A stretch of 64,000 nt of DNA from a bacterium (GTDB lineage: Bacteria > Zhuqueibacterota > QNDG01 > JAFGCO01): NCBI GenBank assembly GCA_016932575.1, contig JAFGCO010000065.1, positions 20,465-84,464 on the forward strand, given 5' to 3'. This document shows, piece by piece, positions 18,601-26,127 of this stretch. Both the position numbers and the translations under genes were made by a program. The notes beneath the pieces were generated by a model that searched no databases, was not told where the DNA came from, and saw nothing but the letters and a program-made list of their open reading frames with translations. How positions within the stretch are numbered: the first letter of the stretch is position 1; the number at the start of each line of letters is the position of its first letter.

Positions 18601-21600
18601 ACTGTAAATCGGTTCCTGAACCGCGCCGGAAAAGCACATAGTCTTTATTCGCCGCCGGTTTTCCTGCCAGGCTGAACCAGGTTTCCATACTGAAAGGTGT
18701 GTTTGTATAATCGAACAGGGTATGATAAGGAATCCAAATCCAGCTGGTGTCTCCTGTGAAACGGAGGGCCGAAGCACCGTATTTTTTATAAAGTGTATTC
18801 CATGAAAGGCCGAGCCCTCGAAAATAACCGATCAGCCCGTTCCCGGAAGCGTCAGGAATCGAATCCATATCCACAGTCCCGTCCAGATGCCACAGACCGG
18901 ATGTATAAATATCCGGCTCATAGGCTGCCAGACTGATGGACTGAAAACCGACGCCTGAGAGCGGAATGCGGACTGTCGGTCGAAACAAATCGCTCGAGTG
19001 AAGGGTCAGCGTATCCCGAAAAGTCCGGACAGCTGACGGTGTAAATCGGACCCAGATTGTACGGCGTCCGTCAGACGTTAATTCGAATTCCGTGTCCGAA
19101 ATGTCATAGTGATTTGTTTCTGTAAACAGACTGTCGACCGTCAGGGGGCCTTCTCCGTTGTTTCTTATTGTCATATAATAATATTTGGATTTTCCCACAT
19201 AAACACTTCCGAATGCGGCACTGCTGACTGTCGTTGAAATACGTCCCGTGCTGATATTAAACTCCCACGGCTGGCGTTCCAATGCAGACAGCCGCATTTC
19301 ATCCATAACACCGTGAAAAGGATGAGCCAATCCAGCATCGTTGCCAATAGTCGCCGATATCACACCTGAAGGATACGGAACAGTCATCTGTTTCTGATCT
19401 TCAAGATTGCCGTTTAAATAAAGCTTGAGTGTACCACCCATGGTCAGTGCCGCATGATACCATTGGTCCCTGACCAATGGTGTTTCTGTATTTGACAGAA
19501 GCGTATCGATTTTCTGAACACTTTGTGATGACAGTCCCATCAGACGATTTTTATTCACGCTTAATTCATAGATAATGCGGTCCCCCTCTGCCAGCCTGAA
19601 CAGGACAGCGGTTCCTTCCGGAATGGCATTGAGCTTAAACCAGGTTTCAATGGTAAATCCCTGCCATTTGTCAAATGAAGGGAACTGACCAATGGATTCC
19701 AGATTGATATGGACAATATCGTTTTCATTAAAAATAAGCCCCTGATCAAACTTCCCGTCATCCGCTTTGGTGACCGTTGCACCGGTTACCGTACCATCCA
19801 TCAGGCCATAGTCCGATTCATCCTGCAGAGTCGCGCCATTCAGTGCATCCATATGGTACAGTGCATAGGCATAATAATCAGGAGAATAAGCGGCCAGGGG
19901 AGTGGGCTGAATTCCCGTTCCGAGAACCGGAAGTGAATGCGGACTGTTGACCGCATCGGTCTGCAATTTCAGTGTATCATAAATTGTAGTATAAGCGGCG
20001 GGTGTAAATCGAACAACAATATAAGCGGTTTCTCCCGCTGAAATCCATTGAGGCAGGTACAGAGCAGAAAACCGTCCTGTGTTGCAGGTCAATTCGCTGG
20101 CATACACCGCTGTGGAGCCGGTGTTGCGGACAATCATGGACAAAGTCCGGCTTTTCCCCAGAACAACGTTTCCGAAATCCAGTGAATCGGCATCGACCTG
20201 CAGCTCTCCGGTAAAATCCGCCTGAAGATAATAGACACCGCCTTCACCGTCGGCCACCACCACAGTATCATCAACCACATCCACTGCATAACTGGTGCCG
20301 GCTGTGTGATACGATCCGACCGCATCAAGACTTTCCGGATTCGTCAAGTCAATCAGCCGAATGGTTCCCTGCCCGTCGGCCACGACTGCGATATCGCCGT
20401 GAAAATCCACATCATAGGCGTACCCTTCCGTATCAATTTGATCCGAGGGCGTGATATTTTCGGTATTTGAGACATTTAAACCGAGAAGCCCGTTGGATCC
20501 GTCGGCCGCATAAATGATATTAGCGCCGGCTGCCGGAACGCCAATTGATTGAATTTCACTCTCATTGTCATAGGTGCCTGTAATTGTGTTTGTATTGATA
20601 TCGAGCACCTTTAAACCGTCTGTACCTGCAGCGATATAAACGCGGTTCGACCGTTCATCAGCAGTCACACCGATGGCGTCAAATCCATTGATACCCTCAA
20701 TCAGTCCTTGATCGACCGGTTCAAGACTGTTGCTTATATCCACAACACGAATACCTGAAGTGCCTTCGGCCACATAGGCATTGTCGCCAAAAATCGTGAC
20801 ATCAAGCATTTCGTTCGCAGTCTCAACCGTTGTAATCTTCGTTGCAGTAGCGGGATTAGACACATTATAAAAAATCAAACCGCCTGTACCATCGGCAACC
20901 ATCAGAACATTCCCGTCGAGAGCCAATCCCATGGCATTCTGGGTGTTCCTGTGCGCATATATCGTGATTTTTTCATCATCAAGATGCGCATGATTGAGTA
21001 TCCATAATCCGGATTCACCCCCCGCTACAAAAGTGGCCTCAGGGCTGAAAAGAACATCCATCGCCTGACCGCCGGATGTGACAGAATCAACCAGGTCAGG
21101 AGGAGCAACTGCCACATCAATTTTTTTCAAACCTGAATTTCCTTCAGCCAGATAGACATAATTTTGATCAATATACAGAGACAAGGCGTCTCCGCCTGTT
21201 TCGCGTGATGTTTTTTCCGTCATGGTGGTTAAATCGATGACCCTCAATCCGTATCCCTCATCAGAGAGATAGGCAGTTTCCGCGCTCACATCCACCGCTA
21301 TATCACTGAGGCTGACTATCTCGGGCTCTGCGATCCATTGACCGGCCACGTTGATATTTTCCGGATCAGTGATATTAACCGCCAGAACACCTTGATTTCG
21401 ATCAGCGACAAAAGCAGTGGTTCCGCGGACTGAGACACCATAAGCGGATCCTGGAGTATCCGCCGTATCGAGCGCTGCAGGACTGGAAGGACTGGATATG
21501 TCAACCGCAACCAATCCCAGGGCATCCACCGCCAGATAGGCATAATCACCCGAGACGGCCACATCCTGTACAGGAGATGAAAACTGTAAATATCCCGCAG

Positions 21601-22039
21601 GATCCAGTGTGTTTTCAATCACTTCGATGATATAGAATCCGGACTCGCCGTCCGCCACATAGATACAGCCATCTTGATAGGCAATCCGGCGGGCCGAGCC
21701 TTCCGTATAATAATGCCCGAGTTCGTAAGGTGAAGTAATGCTCGACCGGTCCAGCATATAAATACCGATGTCTTTGACTGCCACATAAATTTTAAAAGAT
21801 TGATAATAAATATCCTGAATCAATCCGGGAAATTCATATCTCGAATAACGGCCATCCGGATTGGTGGCATCCAAAATATCGAGATAGCTGCCGTTGCCCA
21901 TGTATAAAGCATCCGCAGTGGCTACGACCGATCGGCAGGGACCACTGGCCCATCGGGCGAGTAAAGATAAATTATCAACCTGCTGCGCCAGCAATGACAT
22001 TGAAAACGCTGATAATACAGCAATTATTTTCCTTTTCAT
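15653..22039 (-). CDS. Giant secreted surface protein B (~2128 aa), paralog of A. It has an LVIVD-repeat propeller, three [ASH-Ig + LamG] modules, a conserved pre-CTD module and a type A T9SS CTD.
   Basis: Start refined to ATG ([20 protein letters not shown]) with AGGGAG 5 nt upstream; the track start is a GTG. Ig-like: '[26 protein letters not shown]', '[26 protein letters not shown]', '[26 protein letters not shown]'. LamG: '[10 protein letters not shown]..LYLNG', '[10 protein letters not shown]..LYLNG', '[10 protein letters not shown]..LYLDG' plus 'MDE(M/I)R(L/I/F)S'. Shared pre-CTD motifs: '[10 protein letters not shown]', 'GYWIY', 'DHSDW'. CTD: '[36 protein letters not shown]...[23 protein letters not shown]'. 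Confidence 0.8.
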   Translation of the reverse strand: [2128 protein letters not shown]

Positions 22040-22075
22040 AATCACTCCCTATAGGAATTATGAACTCATTGTTTA

Positions 22076-23518
22076 CTATGGACGATGCGGTGGCGGAGGC
22101 GGATCCGGCAAATACCACGGATCAACCGGATAATGAGTATTCGGCGGATCCGGAGGATCTGGCAGTCCTTTTGTTAAATCGGGAAACAGATCCGCCAGTT
22201 CACCAATATTGATTTCCTCGAAAGCTTCGCGAGAATCACTGCCGGGGATAAATCCGGCATCCAGATACCACCCCATCTCCTGTAATCGATCAACAGGGCC
22301 GAGATGCACCCATGCATCATATCCCACATCTGTTGTTTGCGTCGACGGCCCGATTTTCAACAGCGTAATCATTTTCGTTTGCAGGGCCATCCAGTCTCTG
22401 TTTTGTGTTGCTTTGAAAACATCTGGTGAAGCCATGATCTGATCGGCTAATATAAATCCGGGATCCAGCTTTACCGCGCTTGCCAGGTACTTTTGAGCCG
22501 TATCATACTGATCGTGGTCAAGAGCATACAGAGCGTATGCGTAATTCAGGAAGGCCTGGAAATTGCGTGTCGAAGGCATTTTCAAACGGTTCATTTGAGA
22601 AGCTGTCAACTGAACACCCAAATCACTTAACACATTCAGAACAATTTTCTTTTGGAGCACAATAATATTCTTCAATTCTCCCTCAATATCCGATTCTTTG
22701 ATATGGCGGACACCGGTAAAGGTCAACGTACGTTGATCAATTTTCAGAATTCCGGAACCCCTCATCTCAATTTTTCCCTGAACCACAGTACCGACATTGA
22801 GCAATCTTTGCAGCTTTTCAACATGATCGATGTTCTCAAGATCTCGCGGACTCCATCCCAGGGCCTGCATTAACTGAACAGTTTTTTCTCTGGGCACCAC
22901 CTGAAAACCGCCAATGCGATTAAAATCATGAATCACCAGGCTGGCAATGCCTGCACTTATAATGGTTCCTTTTAAATCTGAGCCGGCATAATGAAAATCC
23001 AGAACAACCATGCGCTGACTTGAAAAATCCGCCTGATCATCGGGTCCGCGTGCAGCCATCTTTTTCGCCTCTTGAATGTACTGCTGCTTATTTAAAAAAT
23101 ACAAACGCCCTTTCATCGCATCCCTCGCGGGATCGCCTTCGTTCAATGCCTTATAATTCGCATAAATCGGAAGGGCCAGTTTCGATTTTCCCTGTCGTTC
23201 ATAGCACATCCCCAGATAAAAATAGGCGGCTCCGTAGGAAGGCGATTTTTGATTGACATAACGAAACACTTTGATTGCGCCATCCAGCATATTCATGTTT
23301 AAAGCGGAAATGCCAATTTTTGTCATGATCTCCGGTGAATATCGGATATATCGACTTCCATCTTGTGAACGAACTTGTAGAGAATTGATATAAGACTGCA
23401 TTGCCTTTTGATACTCTTTTTGACTAAAATAGGCATCACCCTGAGTCTGTTTAGATAGACCCGTGCATCCGAGCATCAAGGCAATTAGGCCTATACCTGC
23501 CCATCGCCAAATTATCAT
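22076..23518 (-). CDS. Lipoprotein B: TPR plus a CsgG/LpoB/TolB-N-like domain and a poly-Pro C-terminal tail.
   Basis: Lipobox 'ALMLGC|TG'. 'QKEYQKAMQSYINSLQVRSQDG' parallels 'QKEYDQAIRNYLKMLQPRIRDG' of lipoprotein A. 'RMVVLDFHYAGSDLKGTIISAGIASLVIHDFNRIGGFQVVPREKTVQLMQALG'. C-terminus 'PDPPDPPNTHYPVDPWYLPDPPPPPHRP'. Confidence 0.65.
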   Translation of the reverse strand: MIIWRWAGIGLIALMLGCTGLSKQTQGDAYFSQKEYQKAMQSYINSLQVRSQDGSRYIRYSPEIMTKIGISALNMNMLDGAIKVFRYVNQKSPSYGAAYFYLGMCYERQGKSKLALPIYANYKALNEGDPARDAMKGRLYFLNKQQYIQEAKKMAARGPDDQADFSSQRMVVLDFHYAGSDLKGTIISAGIASLVIHDFNRIGGFQVVPREKTVQLMQALGWSPRDLENIDHVEKLQRLLNVGTVVQGKIEMRGSGILKIDQRTLTFTGVRHIKESDIEGELKNIIVLQKKIVLNVLSDLGVQLTASQMNRLKMPSTRNFQAFLNYAYALYALDHDQYDTAQKYLASAVKLDPGFILADQIMASPDVFKATQNRDWMALQTKMITLLKIGPSTQTTDVGYDAWVHLGPVDRLQEMGWYLDAGFIPGSDSREAFEEINIGELADLFPDLTKGLPDPPDPPNTHYPVDPWYLPDPPPPPHRP

Positions 23519-23641
23519 AGACCCTCCTTAGCTCCACTGACTCCCCCTAAGGCATAGGTGAAGATCATGGATAGTAAACGGGAAGTAAATTTAAGGTTAC
23601 GGCACCATTTTAAAGAATCATATTTTTTGGTTGTGCCTGTC

Positions 23642-24352
23642 TCACTCCATTTGCCGCTTTTTTTCTGCAATACGCAGAATTGCATCTTTCGCTTGTTGAA
23701 ATTCAGGCTCGATTTCCAGAGCTTTTTTATATTGTGAATAGGCTTTCTGAAGCTGATTCTGATCCTCAAAACTCAGACCTTCTGAAAACAGAACCACCGC
23801 CTCAATCTTCAGGGTCTTTCCTGAATCCAACATTTTACTTTCTGACTTGGTTAACCGCACAGAAAGGTCATCCAATAATTTCTTGCTCAGCTTTTTAATC
23901 AAAGACAGAATTTGCCGGGTTTTTCCTGTAGTTTCTTCTGCCTTGACCACCGATCCGGTCTCTACTTCTACAATGCGCAGATCGATACGGATTTTATCAC
24001 CGGGCATCACCATATAACTGCCAAATACCAAATTCTTTGCACCCAGCATTTTACCAACCTGAATTGAAGTTGATTCAGAAATCAGTCCCGACTGCACCAT
24101 TTTCAATTCATCCAGCATCTCCTGCATCCGCCGGCGTTCTACCATTTTGACCGATTCGATCCGACTTAACTCGGTGATCATCATCTCTGCCAGGCCCTGA
24201 GATAACGCGGCATAAGCATCCGCGTTCATAAAAGACCTGTTTTCGAAATCGAGAACTGCCAGAGTGATCGTATCACCATAAATGGCCAAACCGGCGAACA
24301 ATAAAAAATTGACAATCAGTATGCGGAAACAGAATTTCATAATCGCTTTCAA
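23642..24352 (-). CDS. Secreted CsgG/LpoB-like domain protein with a C-terminal TPR-like helix pair. It is the first gene of the super-operon.
   Basis: Signal peptide, then 'ITLAVLDFENRSFMNADAYAALSQGLAEMMITELSRIESVKMVERRRMQEMLDEL'. C-terminus 'YSQYKKALEIEPEFQQAKDAILRIA'. Confidence 0.55.
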   Translation of the reverse strand: MKAIMKFCFRILIVNFLLFAGLAIYGDTITLAVLDFENRSFMNADAYAALSQGLAEMMITELSRIESVKMVERRRMQEMLDELKMVQSGLISESTSIQVGKMLGAKNLVFGSYMVMPGDKIRIDLRIVEVETGSVVKAEETTGKTRQILSLIKKLSKKLLDDLSVRLTKSESKMLDSGKTLKIEAVVLFSEGLSFEDQNQLQKAYSQYKKALEIEPEFQQAKDAILRIAEKKRQME

Positions 24353-24661
24353 AGGATTGTATCCACTTGGTTTAAGTTTTTATACGTTAATAAAATTATC
24401 CATCATTGTCAAGAAAATATTTTAAAACACAAAAGGCAAGTTCTGCAACATTTGTGCCCGAATCTTTCAAAATCGTCATATTTTGTCTATTTAATTGATA
24501 TTACTGGACTTAAAAAGCATAAAACCATTGTTCTTAGCGTTTGACGAATTTCATTTTTGAATGAAAACCATTCAATCTCAGGAGAGAATACCCTTGAAAA
24601 TGAAAGAATTTCATATTAATTTAAGACTATCAGATCTTATGATTATTGTAAGGAAAATATA
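24353..24661. promoter_or_regulatory. Divergent promoter region, with the super-operon leader leftwards and the GWxTD gene rightwards.
   Basis: 309-bp AT-rich intergenic spacer between divergent genes. It contains a short inverted repeat tcatt-tttg-aatga. Confidence 0.3.
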
Positions 24662-25939
24662 ATGGAAATTTTATTCAAGCAACGATGGGTCGTGCCAATG
24701 CTCTTCTGTTTTCTGGTTCACGGTAAAATTTTGGGTCAGCAGCAATGGCCGGCTGACCATTTCATGTTACAACAGACCGATCGTCAGCTATCGAAATTTT
24801 CATATCAATTCCTTGTTCTTCCAACCGCTTCTCCTGACACCAATTGTGTGCTGCTTTATATAAAATTGTCAAATGCTTCATTACAATTCGTCAAGTCAGA
24901 TACGCTGTTCAGAGGAAAGTATGAATTGTCTGTTGCTGTACAAAATGATAAAGAAATCTCCGATTCAAAAATTATACGCAGAGAATTATTGGCTGATTCA
25001 TTTCATGAAACGCGTGATCCCTCGAAGATTGTCCGGGAATTTATCGATTTTCAAATGCCACCGGGGGAATATGAAGTGATCATGGAATTATATGATCTGG
25101 AAATTAAAAAACCTTTTCGAAAAAAAGAAAATTTATCCGTTCCCGACTTTCGAAACGAATCGATTGGCAGTACGGATATTTTCTTTTTAAGTGAACTGAC
25201 ACGTGATGTATTGGATAATCTAAAACCACTGATGCCACCGGTTCGCCTTGTAGAAGACACCAGTTTTTACGCGCGCATTGACTTATTTTCCTCTCAAGAA
25301 CAAAACATCACCATCTTTGCATCGGTTCGAAACCATCTTGAAAAACCGGTATTCCATGATACACTCCATATACAAATGAAAGGCCGGCGTCAGCCCGTTT
25401 TTTTCAATCTGGGTCATCGTATGTCTTTCGGGCAATACACATTACATCTGCATCTGGTCAGCGGAAAGCATGAAAAAAATCTTCAGGCAAAATATTATAT
25501 ACGATGGTACGGACATCCCGAATCGATATCAGACATGCAGTCGGCCATAGGCCCTCTGTACTATATCATGAATAATAAAGCATGGAATGAATTAAACGCT
25601 GCGGATAATGAAGAAAAAAAACAAATTTTAGATACATTCTGGAAAGAGCGCGATCCCACGCCTAAAACAGCACTCAATGAGCTGGAAGAAGAATTTTTCC
25701 GGAGGGTTTCTTTTGCAAACCAGCATTTTTCTGTATATAAAGGCAGTCTGCCCGGCTGGAGAACCGATCGCGGACGAACATACATCCTCTATGGCCCCCC
25801 CACGGATGTAGACGTCCCTCCTTTTCGCCCGGAAACGAGGGAACGCTATGAAATCTGGATTTATCAAAACCTCCAGCGCAGATTTATTTTTTTTAATAAA
25901 TACGGGGACGGGGATTATCAGCTGATATCCCAGGAGTAG
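24662..25939 (+). CDS. GWxTD domain-containing secreted protein.
   Basis: Signal peptide. The C-terminal 'YKGSLPGWRTDRGRTYILYGPPTDVDVPP...YEIWIYQN' matches the GWxTD (TIGR04514-type) motif as I remember it. Confidence 0.6.
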   Translation: MEILFKQRWVVPMLFCFLVHGKILGQQQWPADHFMLQQTDRQLSKFSYQFLVLPTASPDTNCVLLYIKLSNASLQFVKSDTLFRGKYELSVAVQNDKEISDSKIIRRELLADSFHETRDPSKIVREFIDFQMPPGEYEVIMELYDLEIKKPFRKKENLSVPDFRNESIGSTDIFFLSELTRDVLDNLKPLMPPVRLVEDTSFYARIDLFSSQEQNITIFASVRNHLEKPVFHDTLHIQMKGRRQPVFFNLGHRMSFGQYTLHLHLVSGKHEKNLQAKYYIRWYGHPESISDMQSAIGPLYYIMNNKAWNELNAADNEEKKQILDTFWKERDPTPKTALNELEEEFFRRVSFANQHFSVYKGSLPGWRTDRGRTYILYGPPTDVDVPPFRPETRERYEIWIYQNLQRRFIFFNKYGDGDYQLISQE

Positions 25940-26058
25940 CAGTCACCATGTTTTTTACTACCAGTCACAACATCAGACAATTCACAAATCATATATTATT
26001 TGATGTTTAATCATTGAATTACGGAAGAGAAATAAAATATCAGATAATCAGATGATAA

Positions 26059-26094
26059 TAAACCTGCCAGATTCTGAAAATCCGGCAGGTTTAA
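26059..26094. terminator. Bidirectional terminator candidate between the convergent GWxTD and tkt genes.
   Basis: aacctgccag / ccggcaggtt imperfect stem with an 11–15-nt loop, followed by 'ttaattt'. Confidence 0.3.
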
Positions 26095-26127
26095 TTTATG
26101 GAATCAATTGTAAAAGCGGATTAAAAT

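Noticed and set aside
5180-22039. Recurrent 17–25-nt repeats inside the giant genes, considered as CRISPR-like or mobile-element repeats.
   Set aside because: They are in-frame codon-level conservation of the LamG 'QWYHVA' and 'FTVETWF' motifs at irregular module-length spacing. They are not regular direct repeats with unique spacers, and there are no cas genes or transposases in the window.
23515-23769. An 84-aa ORF spanning the gap between the first two operon genes.
   Set aside because: It overlaps the 3' end of 23642..24352 and sits in the 123-bp spacer. The Lys-rich, low-complexity translation is typical of AT-rich non-coding DNA.
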